NCBI GenBank assembly: GCA_030141605.1
Contig: JAQGDQ010000687.1
Span: 48,675-112,674 of the forward strand
DNA: 64,000 nt
From: Tubiluchus corallicola
Lineage: Eukaryota; Animalia; Priapulida
Direction: 5' to 3'
A model generated the notes under the pieces. The model had not been told where the DNA came from. It searched no databases and saw only the letters and a program-made list of their open reading frames with translations. Shown in pieces: positions 50,844 through 64,000 of this stretch; within the stretch, counting starts at the first letter, position 1; every line of letters begins with the position of its first letter. The position numbers and the translations under genes are program-made.

Positions 50844-52554
50844 GATTGACTGACAGACTAGCTCGCTGACTTAATAATAATTTGAATAGATTAGTCATCG
50901 CATCAACTAACTAATTAGTTCTAACCAGTGCACTGACAAAAAACTGGCTGACTTACTTACTAATTAAATCAGTGAATGGTTGATAAATTTTGTTTCGTTG
51001 CCTAAGACTAGTTGGTTTGGTAACTGACTGACTAGCAAACTTAAACGATATTAAGAGGTAAAAATATTGACCAGAGCAAGCCTGACTCAGACAGAATAAC
51101 ATTTGAATAGAAATAAATAAATAGAGTGGATTATAGTATTTTAGTAACATTTTAATAAATAAATATATAATAAATAAGATGAGAAATTTAATATGCATAC
51201 TCCTTTATTAATTATTAGCAATACAGTGCAGAGTAAAACAAGTAGGCCATTACATGTTATACAGACTAATTTGTCACTGGGCCTTATCTTGAAAAGCTTT
51301 TCAACAGAACTATTATAAAGCATTTACAAACACACTAGCTGATTCAACTTAATAAATTTACTAAAAAAATACATTGCAGATTGTATCCTTGCTTAAGCCT
51401 TATAGGCCTGCTGTTTCGTGTACTAACATTTATACTAAATAATTAACAGCATTATAATTTTAATCACCGTAGAGCATACAGTGCAGGTAGCTAAGATTAT
51501 TTGAAATAATAATTAATTCATAGTTAATTTATGGATCAATAATATACGCGTACAGTATTAGTAATTAAACTTTGGGCTGCTTTTGGCTTTTTGAATAGTA
51601 GGTTTCAAGCTTTGATGTCAGATAGATAGATGTTATTTGTTGACAGCCAGTAAATCTATAGGGCAAGTTTGTTTTTACGTTAATTATTACTTAAACAGCA
51701 TACAACGGGAACGCGTCTGACTCCTTTTGTCTATCAAAAAACGGCAGACACGGATTCAAATTAGCATGAGCATGATAGGCAAAACCATATAACGCGTCGG
51801 GTCCATTGTTCATCACGTTCCTGGCGTGAATGCCTGAATATAACTAACAGGATATGTGTGACGCAGGCAGATAACGTGCCTTCCCGACTATCTTGAGTAG
51901 GCTTACACAAAAAGCTCTGAATTTGAAATTAATTTTAATTTTTAAAAAGCATCTCGCGCAATCGGTGTAGTTTTAAATTCTCAAGACACCAATAAAATTT
52001 TGCTTTGTGTAATGAAATGTACTGACGCAATAACCGAAGCGATTAATTTAATTAATTAATAGCCGGCTTCGTTTTGTTAATTTTTTACTGAAATTCTAGT
52101 CAAGCTAATTACAAATAAATGGCAACTAACCGACAAATAATTGTTTAATTACTGCGCTTATCAAAGTTACATCTAAGGAACAGAGCTATCTGATAAGACG
52201 TCATATTCTAATGAATTAACTCAGCTGCTGAAATCTTTTTTGCTTTATAAAGCTTTTAAAGAAGTGCAGCATTGCATCACTGACTGTCTGTAAATGACTT
52301 CTCTCATCATCTTTAATTACCAGAAGAAGCAAAGTAATTTCAGACCGCGGATTATTTGATCTCTTTGCTATAATTACTGGCTGTGACAAATCCAATAAAT
52401 TAAAACTGGTTTGCAAAGGAAGAAAGAAAGCAAAATTGGTTTACTGCAGAGGAAAAGGCTGTAGCGGCGAGAAGCCTTGGGGTGGGTATGGTTTCGAATA
52501 CCAAACTTGCTGTCGCTTTTATTGTCGTCGCGGGTTACAGGGGTTTTTGACTCA

Positions 52555-53385
52555 GGGGTCTTATTGGACGCAGTCTATTTTGATACAAACATTTTGGACA
52601 CGCAACTTATTCCTACACAGAACATGTGGACACATAGACAATTTAGATTTAGATACGATGTAGTTTGGACACGTAGGTTATACGGACACATGAGTTATTT
52701 GGGCACATAGGTGCTTCTGAGACATAGCACATTTAGACTATGTGTTTTGGGCACGTAGATCTTTTGAGCTCAAGGTAGTTAGGGCACATAGGTGCTTCTG
52801 AGACATAGCACATTCACATTTAGACTATGTGTTTTGGGCACGTAGGTCTTTTGGGCTCAAGGTAGTTAGGGCACGTAGGTTATTTGGACAGGCGCACACA
52901 CCATTTAGCAATTAGGTGTTTTGGGCACGTAAGTCATTATGTAATTTGGACAAGGGTCAGTTAAATGTATGGCTAATTTCGACGAGTAACTTGGACGTAT
53001 ACATGTATAACTTGAAAAATAGTCAATTTTGACATATAGGTCATCTATGAGCAAGGACTTTAGTTCAAATTCAAGTTCAATTCTGATATTTTCGCTTTTC
53101 TTTATCTTGGCCATATGTGGATTCTAAAATATTTACATCACTAATTAGAAATACTGAAAATAAGAAATCATAAATTCTAGATAAAGATTATCCTACGTGG
53201 CCAAATCACCTACTGCCTAGATGGCCAACGTGTCCGAATGACCTATGTGTCCAAATAACCTGTATCCAAATCACCTGTGTGTGTGTCCAGATGCCTTTTA
53301 TTCTTTTTGTCCAAATTACCTTGTGCAAAGCATGTCTCCAAAACTCTCAATGTCCAGGATCCCAATGTGGCCAAGATTGTCTATG
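52555..53385. mobile_element. Degenerate foldback/MULE-like element with inverted arrays of about 17-bp ttggacacatagg subrepeats
   Basis: Left array (ttggacac/gggcacatagg, 52565-53040) includes a direct duplication of about 80 bp at 52701-52880; the inverted right array (cctatgtgtccaaa) lies at 53190-53385; TSD not identified. Confidence 0.6.
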
Positions 53386-54227
53386 TCAAACTGTTTTGTG
53401 GCGAGGCGTGCTGTGTCTAGTATCTGTGACAAAATGTCAGCACACCGTTATCCCTTCATCACTGTCGCTTTCTTTTTTTACAGTACGTGTTAAATATTGT
53501 TGTCGTTATTGTTGCTGTTGATGCTTTTGTTTTTGACTGTGTTGCTGCAGGTTTTTCTTTGTTATTGTTGCCGAAATTTTTAGTGGCAGTAGAGCCTGTT
53601 ATTGGTCTAACAGCAACACATAAAATGCTTATTCAGGATAAATCACGATAAAACTATTTAGAGTCCTAACTTAAAAAAACAGACAAACAAACACACATTA
53701 TATATATGCCTACAGTTACAAGTAACTTGCAACACAACATACGCAATAAAAAGAATGCAAAAGCGTAATTAATAAATGGTTTACGCAAAAAAATTGTTGA
53801 TGCCACTGTTGCTGTTAGTGATGAACTATTTATTGCTGCCCTTGGAAGGAGATTGCTGTCAGGAAACGAGATAAATGGAACACTGCTATTCTTTAGAACA
53901 TCGTTCTTTGCAAAATAAGAGCTTTTTTCAGGCGTAACAACCCTACATAGCATGTGTCTTTGTCTGTCAATGTGTACAGAAACAGTTTATGTTATATATA
54001 AACCACACATACATACGCACACGCACACGCAACACACACACACATTTTGCTAATTAACAGCTGATACTAACCCTCACATTATTACATTTCCTCTATCAGC
54101 CAAAAGGCAGGCTTCTCTGCTTCCCACTAGAAATGGTCAACTTCCTGTGAAACACAAGAATCTACTAAACGGGTGTAATAGCATACTCTTGTTACCAACA
54201 GAAAAAAGGTACAAAAAAGCACAGGCA

Positions 54228-54390
<163 letters not shown>

Positions 54391-57300
54391 GTTCTCAATT
54401 ACTTCTTTTCCCGAAAGGTCTCCACAAGGTGGTTTCTTTGTTGTAAACAGGCAGTGGTGTTTCAGTCTCATTTTCACCCATTCCATATAAACTTACATAC
54501 GATGATGATGATGATGATGATTAATGAGAATAGTGGTTTTGCCCATAAAATAAATTACTGGTGAAAATTAATGCAATTCATTCAATCACTGTTAAAAGCA
54601 GCTGTTGTGGAGTACGCATGGTAGAAGCCGTCGCAAACTCATTAAATATTCATAATGACTGGCGTGCACGCAAGATAGAGAACATTACCAAGCATTAACA
54701 AGTAACTGGTCAGACGAATTACCTTGAGCCTTTATTCCAGCAGGCGTGAATATTTTGTGTGTCAGGAGTCTACGGTATCATTTCCTCCTAGCTCTAGAGC
54801 CTAAAAGAGTGGTTCAGAGAAGTTGGAAAATATACATGCCTATATTTTGAAGAGAGAAGTTGTCCTCAGGGGACTCACGGGAGGCATAAGTTGGTCCCAT
54901 CCTCTTGTCGCATTAACTTATGTCTAACTAGATGAGGAATTAATTGGATTACCTTATAAACGTATGTATTTAACCAAAATCGACTTTTTAGCTTTTATGG
55001 TCTTAACACACTTTCAAAGTGTTACAAAAAGTAAATGTACTGATGCAGAATACTCCATTTAAAATGGCCATTAAAACACAGAAATAATATCTCCCTAGTA
55101 AAGTGCCGCAAGATTCTAAACACGCCTAAATAAGTAACAATGTCCTCTTTTTAGTCAGTGAAGATAGCCAACATGCTGAGAACTTCTAGACTGTGGCTCT
55201 ACTAATTAAAGTCAAGGAAAAGCGTCAGGGAGTCAGGTAACGCCAAGATTAGCGCGAGGAACGGTAAGTAATGAAATTAGCGTCAAGAATGGCGTCTAAC
55301 ATTAACAATGTCAAGCAAAATGCGAAGAAAAAAATTACATATAGTATATACACTAATTAATACAGTTCCAAAATCCTTGACGTTCTTTTATACTGAACTT
55401 GTTTTCTTTTGTCGTACTTTGCGCTCCTTGGTGCTTCCTTGACATCATGGTGGTTTAGGATGCCAAATGGTAGGGCCTCAAATAGCTGCCAGGCATTCGA
55501 AAAGGTGGTATATTCAAATGTGCATTAAAATATATTGTTACAAATTCAATCAAACATCTATACCTAAATATGTTTTTGCTTTTGAGTCAGGACAACCGAC
55601 ATGCTGCACATAACACGAATATCTATAAGAATTATGAAGATGGCCATCATGTCGTGGAATCAACACTAAAAAGCTGCAGCCACAAAGTGGTCTTAAATAA
55701 CGAAAGACCTGAATAGTCTGACTTACTTGCAATTACAGCTTACAATGGCTCTTTTTTAAACCGATTTTCTAAACAAATTCGTGAATTTTAATTTTGCATT
55801 TTGCAAACCGAAATAAGCTGCTCACTAGACTTTCTTTGTAACTTTTTTCTAAATAAACGAAATTTGCTGTTCAATAATGACAACGTAGCTGTTAACGAAA
55901 ATTAACCGTGAATCTAAATTATCTAATGAAAGTTCGTTTACTCGCGCGAAGTAACACACACGAATTTATTAAATAATTAATAAAGCTCGTGAATTTCTTA
56001 AAAGGGGAAAAGGCAAATGGCTGTTATGGGAAACTAGGGAACCATAAAAATACCACGCAAAACTATACTGTACAAGGCATAGATTCCTTAGTCTTTATAT
56101 ATCCTTTTCAAAAATTGATGCAATGATTTCGTCCTTATGCGGCTCAGAGTCAGTAGAAAACTGTTATATGGCAAAGATCTTCGATACTGTTCCTATTTTA
56201 CATTGTCCTCCAACAATCGGTTAGCCATTACACTTTTACATTAGCTCTTCTTAGAGAATGATTTTTTTACTGCAAGTCAAATGAAAGGAAGAATTTTTTT
56301 CGATAGATCTTATTTGACTTAATATACTAATAGATTGTTGAAACTTCCAAAAGCACTTTATTAAAGTGTCATTACAAATAATAATTACTAATCCCACTTA
56401 GGCCTGTATACAAAGAAACTAACTTGCATATATTGGCATGCCGTTAGGTGTAATAGGCCTATTCCCAGTGTGCTGGATTTTCCATTTCCCAGTTTAGAGT
56501 TCTTCCTCTGACTCAGATTCTTGCCTAATTTCTCCCCTTGAAAAATTACCCCCCGCCCCCGAAGGTAATGTCTGACAATCACTGGTGTAGACATTGACAA
56601 TCTAAATGCTCTGAAATCAAATTCTAAGGTCAATTCTGTTTTTGCTCTTTACTAAGTCTCGAGTTAAAATCTTTTTACTTCACGATTTTCCAGGTTGCTT
56701 CGAGAATTTATCAAAATTAAGTTCTGAAAAATTTTCTTTCTCTACTTGAGCAAGGGCGCTTTCAACTTGGATCGTTAATCGCCTTTAGGATCCTTTTGCC
56801 ACAATATAGCAATAGGCTTCTTCTACTATAGGTCTATAATCTAGATAAATGGCTGTCATCTTTTAAGAGCAAGCGTGCTCGGCAATCTAAAAGTAGTTCG
56901 GCGGACGCCAATAGCCGTGGATTCATGAACTAGATGAACATTTCATGGCTTTGTTCCGAAAAGCTTGTCAAATAATAACGTTAACAGTGTACGAGGAGCT
57001 CCAACATCTTTATTGAGTTTTTACAACATGGTTCAGCTTTTTTAAAGAAGATTCGTATAATGCCTTTCACAAATTATCACAAAACGAACTGAAAGATGAT
57101 TCGCAAATGTAGCTATTGCTATAGCTGTGCGAGGCTTCATTTATTAAGCAGAGCTCAGCAAAATATTTTTCGAAGTGCAACGATGTTGTTAAAATTTAAT
57201 GTCTCGGGATTAATAACACGGGCAAAATCATTATTAATTGATTATTAATTTCATTTCTACAACAAATAAACATAAATGAATTAGATGCCTTGCAAAAGGC

Positions 57301-57629
57301 GCACGTATGCCAATTTCATTTGCTTTTTTCATTATCAAGCTATTTGCTGCTGTTAGCGACTGGTCAAGCTATTTATTAGTTTCTTGATTAGCGGTGATCA
57401 GCATTTATTGTTGAAATATGCTGAACTAAATAGGCCTGACGACCAATAAATAAATAAATAAATGAATATGTAAAATTACCTGGGGCAAACATCTCATTTA
57501 TCAATTCAATATGTCATTTATTCATTTGGTCGGCAGTTCGCCTGTCCGTCTATTTAACGTCTATCTAAATTCTGAGACTCACAAAAACGCACAACCACCC
57601 CTTCGTCTATGCAGTCACTTATTCAGCAT

Positions 57630-57908
<279 letters not shown>

Positions 57909-58705
57909 TGACTGGACAAATTTAATTCTGTCTCTGCATAACATCACTAAGATGGTTAACAATTAAAACAAAAGTTGGAACATTGTAATCTTAAAAATGC
58001 GGAAAAAAAACCTGAAAAATCGCATGTTACTGCACCAAACGGAAACGTGTAGTTACTGTTATCTTTTTGCTTGAAGCACGCTTAAAGGAAAGTGATTAGG
58101 GAATTTATTCAGGTGGTGGTATTTTCCTACACTCTCAGCTGGAACATAGATTTACGAAGCTAATCTGTGTGTGTATTTGCGAATATAAATATGCAATGAA
58201 TCTTGGATGCAGTAGTCGACAACAGATCAAGGGTGATAAACACGCATGCATGCCACACCAAGGGAGGTCGTGTTAGTATTGTTCACTTTTTGCAGGCTTG
58301 CCAAATAAAAAGGAATATAGTCACACAAATTTTAACCATTTCTCACAAGTAGCAGAACTTGAGGACAAGCCAGAAAGAAATGCAGACGAAGAAACTGTTG
58401 GAAATTTACAAAATGCAAAAGCCGACACGCACGTTTGCTTTAGCATAATACGCCGCAATTCGATTTCATGCATGCACGGTATTTTATTGTAAAGCGTTGC
58501 TAGCCAAGAATATTACTTTTGCTTTCGACCAATACGTTATGATTATTATAAACCACTGTCTCTTGTCACGTTGCTAACTTTGTATGCAAGAGAAAAGGGA
58601 CTAATGTTGCACACTGTCGGAAATAGGAGCATTACAATTCATGTATATGGTAAAATGGTTAATGTTGTACAGTGGCTAATGTCGGGCAATGAACTTTAGG
58701 CTTTA

Positions 58706-60015
58706 CTATAATTGCAGTAGTACAGACACTGTTTTTTCCTCTCCTTTTAATCCTTTACTAATAAAGGATAGGAAAAACCAGTGAGCGTACCACATCGTTA
58801 TTTTTAGTAAAACGTGAAACTCATTGTCCGACATTAGCCACTTTATTACCATATATTTTAACCATTTTACCACATATAGTATTGCTTCTGTTTATACAAG
58901 AGCAAACGCAGCGCTGATCTACATGTAACACTGCTGAAGAAGGAATAAAGCCCATCCTACTCAAGTGCGAAATGGCCAAGGAATCCTAATTGAGACGCTA
59001 AGACATAACAGTTCGGCATCGTTACGACGGTTTGTAACCGGCCGCAGCGAAGCCAACAATTTGCGTAATAGAACTCATTTACACGGCTGGATTGTCAATG
59101 AGGCACTAGGAATACCCACAATTGGAGTTATTTCACGGACGTCTTCCCACATGCTCGTTCAATTGTGAGACTGCAAACCAGCAATGACTTTGCGGGGCGA
59201 TTAAGAATTAATTGCGTTGCGCAAACTGATTATACACCACTAAGAATTTCAGCGCAACAGTTGTACTGTGAAAGTACAAGAGGCGAAAAGGCTACTGTGA
59301 CAGAATAATGAATGTATGAGAGAAAACTTTTTGAGAAGTTTCACATTTTACTTAATTTATGAGCCTAATTTAGCAATTGCATAATTGCACTGAGTAAAAA
59401 TTTCATAAACGTTTGAACACTTGTCCTATGACAAGAGAACATAATCTGTTATAGTATTCTATTGCTATACAATAGATCTGTTGTGTATACATAAACTTCT
59501 GGAGCTTTAGTATTCTTGACATATCATAGACAAAAATATCTCTGTCTAATAGAATTGGAGATTGAATTGTGTAGCTGTTAACCGGATACAATAAATAAAT
59601 CAAGAAAAAGGCTAGGGGATTAAGAATTATTTGTCGCGCCGCTACATGATCACTTTTCATAAAACAAATTATATGCACATTAAGTCACATATGCCAAAAA
59701 CGAAATTCTGAGACTCACAAACTAATTACTATCAGGCCTTTGTTTAATGTATGGAAACTACATTAAATTTTATTTCTTATTTTCATTTTTTATTTCAGCT
59801 TCTAAATTTCCACTTATAGTCGATCGCGCTAAGGCTATCGCGTTTGCTTAAATACATGAGCCAAGAAGCAGCAAATTTGCTGTATAATTCTGACATCCTT
59901 TAGCATTCCTATGAGTTTACCTATGACATTAGTCTATATGCCGCCAATAGAGGCATACGTCTACATAAATATTCCTGATGTGCTATACAGACTGTAATTA
60001 CTGTCAATTAAATGC
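58706..60015 (+). repeat. Left arm of long near-perfect inverted repeat (partner 62668-64000)
   Basis: The reverse complement of 62668-64000 matches 58706-60015 with few substitutions and small indels (one of about 19 bp near 59417). The near-identical ORF pairs 58965/63741 and 59678/63009 support this. Confidence 0.95.
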
Positions 60016-62667
60016 TGAAGTCTGGTTGCAACCAATATTGACATGGATTGTTGACAGAGCTGATGCTTTTTTCATGGCCATCTTTTCGGCCATCTTGAGA
60101 AGCTTGGCCCTATTGGTACTATCGTAAATCCATGACGTTTAAAATTTAAATATAAGTACCAAAATCCACACCTTATTTACCTTTGATCAATATGCAATAT
60201 AGTTAATATATTATTACACCAGTAGCTGCAGTTATCTTGACATAGGAGCGAAGATTACTGTTCGAAAACTAACAACGATCTTAAAGGGCCATGTTAGATG
60301 GATTCCTTAGGTCCCACTATCGTTAAGTAGATGTCATAATGCCCGCTTAATGTTCATTTTCTGGGAATTTCTTTTGATTTATAATGTTTACGTTAAAACT
60401 TGGCAGCCATTTCGTTTTTTGCGTTTTTGACCCTTTTACGCTAATTTTTCAAGATTTCAAATGTTGTTTCGGATTCAGTTTAGTCAAATTGATGAGACTG
60501 TCTTTGTTGCTCATTTTCAGAAAAAAATCGCCTCCAACGTTTGCCTCTTTTTATAAATCGCTCTAGTCTAACCATGCTAATTCCAGCAAATTTCAATTTA
60601 GTGCTAACATTTTGCATCAGGTGTAAATTATATGAAGAGTTTCAAAGCAAGTGTGTAATAATGAACCTGGTAATTGCAAGGAGCAAATTTGTAATTAATT
60701 AACACATAAACAATAATTAATTTAAGCAATGCACTACATGATCATGTGAAATTAAGCACTTGAGCTGCTTCTGGTTGAGCATAAGTGTATTCATTAATGA
60801 TTAAAGTAAACGGCTTCACTAGTAGAGGCAATATTAACAATAACCTTAAAATAAGCTCTTATTTAATTTTTGCCATTTTAATCTTTTCATTTACTTTTTG
60901 TAGTCTGAACTACATCTGTGGCATCTTCGTAAACCATTAGTATTATAAAAGAAATTTAATATTTCTCACCCCTGAGAGTTATTTTATGTATGTAAAATTC
61001 AATCAACTTTTTGGCAGCTATGCTTATTTTGAGCATCTCGCTTTTTCATTAATGTCAATTAGTATTAATTCCGTTCTTCAATATTAATAACTTCGTCCAT
61101 TATTGTTTAGTATACTAGCATATTCCTTTTCAAAGTATGTACTGCTTCCCATGTACATGAGCGCCACACTGTGAAGGTCTTGGTAACATTTCTTGACTAG
61201 GAAAAATCTATCCCACTGTCTAGATTCAACTTTAACTGGAGTGAGGCAACTTTGAAGACGTGCTACATGTCGCTTATTGCATTTTTATAGGACTACTTTT
61301 TGCTTTCAATGTATACAGAAGCATTAGTTAAGCTTTGAGCAATTTTGGAATACCCATTATGAAAAACTTGAATAACTAGCATTATATCGAACTCTTCAGC
61401 TTGATTTAAGAAGACTTTCCCCAGATATATACTATTACGAGAAACTTTTTGTCTTATTCTGTCAGTAATAGAATCGGCTCTTCTCATTCGTGCATGTATT
61501 CTCTGGAGCCAATAGTGCTAAACATTGAGAGTACAAAATCACAAAAAATCGACCGTGTCTGCTTGCAGGTACGTACCGCGGGTCTAAACGTGTTTAAAGT
61601 TTATGCTATTTTCATTAACGGTAGTGTTTCCTGGTAATTCTGCCGATAAATTAACGTTCTATCTGGCTTGAGAATAGGAAAATGTCACCAATAGCCCCTC
61701 ACATTAGTAGTTTGTGTGACCGCTGCATGCACATGAATAGCTCAATTGCAACGCATAAATTTTCACAGCATTAATGTAAAAACCTTTGCATGCCGTTTTC
61801 TGGAATAGTCTTAACTTTGTATGCCAATAACGAATTCATTTGTAAAAAACTAACTCTTCAACTAACTTTACGATATTGAAAGCGTCACTTACCGCTTAAA
61901 CTTGCTCTGATCTGATGAACCTAAGCATGACCATGTGTGGACCAACATTTGGTAACGTCTTATCAAAATTTGTTGCAAATTTGTAAATTAGTACATTTAG
62001 AGTTGTGACTGATTTTACTCTAGTAACGGGACGATAAGGACCATGAATTCTATAGCAACGGCTGGTCAGAAGTAGTACCTTTTGTCTGCCTAACTAGTGA
62101 AGAGAAAAGTTATACTAAGTGATACTCGTAAAATGTCAAATTTGCTTGGCAGTTCTCGGCCTCTTTGCTCGGCCTGTTGCTTGGCCTCTTTCTTTCATTG
62201 GCTCATCAGACCAACTTTTTATCAATTTTTACGACATTTTTAGAACTATACTAAATTTCTTTTGTTCATCTGTAGGAGAAAAATAGAATAAAAATTAGGG
62301 AGAACATTAGGAAGAAAAATAAGTAGTGACGAACTAAACAAATAAGTTTAAAGATATTTGCGAAAATAGTACTTTTAGAGAGTACGCATAATAGAGGTAT
62401 ACGACTTTTCCAGATTATAAATCACATTTTAACTACCGCAGCCATTTATAACTGTGCCATTACCTAAGCTATCCACCATTACATCTCAAAATGATGATGC
62501 CATTGCTTCATAAACTTGAAACTAATGTGAATATGATAGCTGGCAACGCAATGTAGCCAATGGTCCCATCTGCATCGTGTCAAGTAGTTTTTCAATTACA
62601 TTGTTTCTGTAAACTTGCAGGTATAATTTGGAAATCCCGCAGGGAACACAGTGGCAAACACAACATT

Positions 62668-64000
62668 GCATTTAATTGACAACAGTAATTACAGTCTGTA
62701 TAGCACATCAGGAATATTTATGTAGACGTATGCCTGTATTGGCGGCCTATAGACTAATGTCATAAGTAAACTCATAGGAATGCTAAAGGATGTCAGAATT
62801 ATACAGCAAATTTGCTGCTTCTTGGCTCATGTATTTAAGCTAACGCGATAGCCTTAGCGCGATCGACTATAAGTGGAAATTTAGAAGCTGAAATAAAAAA
62901 ATGAAAATAAGAAATAAAATTTAATGTAGTTTCCATACATTAAACAAAGGCCTGATAGTAATTAGTTTGTGAGTCTCAGAATTTCTTTTTTGGCATATGT
63001 GACTTAATGTGCATATAATTTGTTTTATGAAAAGTGATCATGTAGCGGCGCGACAAATAATTCTTAATTCCCTAGCCTTTTTCTTGATTTATTTATTGTA
63101 TCCGGTTAACAGCTACACAATTCAATCTCCAATTCTATTAGACGGAGATATTTTTGTCTATGATATGTCAAGAATACTAAAGCTCCAGAAGTTTATGTAT
63201 ACACAACAGATCTATTGTATAGCAATAGAATACTATAACAGATTATGCTCTCTTGTCATAGGACAAGTGTTACAGTGGTATCCAGAAATTCAAAAGTTTA
63301 TGAAATTTTTACTCAGTGCAATTATGCAATTGCTAAATTAGGCTCATAAATTAAGTAAAATGTGAGACTTCCCAAAAAGTTTTCTCTCATACATTCATTA
63401 TTCTGTCACAGTAGCCTTTTCGCCTCTTGTACTTTGACAGTACAACTGTTGCGCTGAAATTCTTAGTGGTGTATAATCAGTTTGCGCAACGCAATTAATT
63501 CTTAATCGCCCCGCAAAGTCATTGCTGGTTTGCAGTCTCACAATTGAACGAGCATGTGGGAAGACGTCCGTGAAATAACTCCAATTGTGGGTATTCCTAG
63601 TGCCTCATTGACAATCCAGCCGTGTAAATGAGTTCTATTACGCAAATTGTTGGCTTCGCTGCGGCCGGTTACAAACCGTCGTAACGATGCCGAACTGTTA
63701 CGTCTTAGCGTCTCAATTAGGATTCCTTGGCCATTTCGCACTTGAGTAGGATGGGCTTTATTCCTTCTTCAGCAGTGTTACATGTAGATCAGCGCTGCGT
63801 TTGCTCTTGTATAAACAGAAGCAATACTATATGTGGTAAAATGGTTAAAATATATGGTAATATAGTGGCTAATGTCGGACAATGAGTTTCACGTTTTACT
63901 AAAAATAACGATGTGGTACGCTCACTGGTTTTTCCTATCCTTTATTAGTAAAGGATTAAAAGGAGAGGAAAAAACAGTGTCTGTACTACTGCAATTATAG
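62668..64000 (-). repeat. Right arm of long inverted repeat (runs to window end)
   Basis: Reverse complement of the left arm; the match continues to the last base of the window. Confidence 0.95.

Noticed and set aside
52555-53385. CRISPR-like spaced repeats
   Set aside because: Eukaryotic context, degenerate contiguous units without unique spacers, and inverted arrangement; these are foldback subrepeats.
58965-59678. Duplicated ORFs (67 aa and 91/110 aa) as conserved genes
   Set aside because: Their identity simply reflects the recent inverted duplication; non-ATG starts and no domains.

Overview
AT-rich, intron-containing animal (invertebrate-like) genomic DNA. I could reconstruct four spliced or intronless genes by reading splice signals. 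(1) A 4-exon Hikeshi/OPI10 gene (+, 8724-15789). (2) An intronless, divergent class A GPCR (+, 18541-19800). (3) A 5-exon secreted protein only fragmentarily visible in the ORF track (+, 21590-28034): signal peptide, CBM14 chitin-binding domain, LDL-receptor class A module and the cysteine linker of Serpentine/Vermiform-type chitin deacetylases, stopping where the catalytic domain should begin. (4) The last ten coding exons of a group I (mGluR1/5-type) metabotropic glutamate receptor (-, 45346-30539), whose 5' exons appear to lie beyond the window. A probable terminal exon of a cystine-knot secreted protein sits at 976-1138. Introns and intergenic DNA hold decayed CR1/L2-type LINEs, hAT-type MITEs with 8-bp TSDs, a Mutator/foldback element with a 9-bp TSD, tRNA-derived SINE heads, microsatellites, and a near-identical inverted repeat with arms of at least 1.3 kb (58706-60015 / 62668-64000) around a possibly decayed transposase. 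All calls come from manual reading; no database searches were run.
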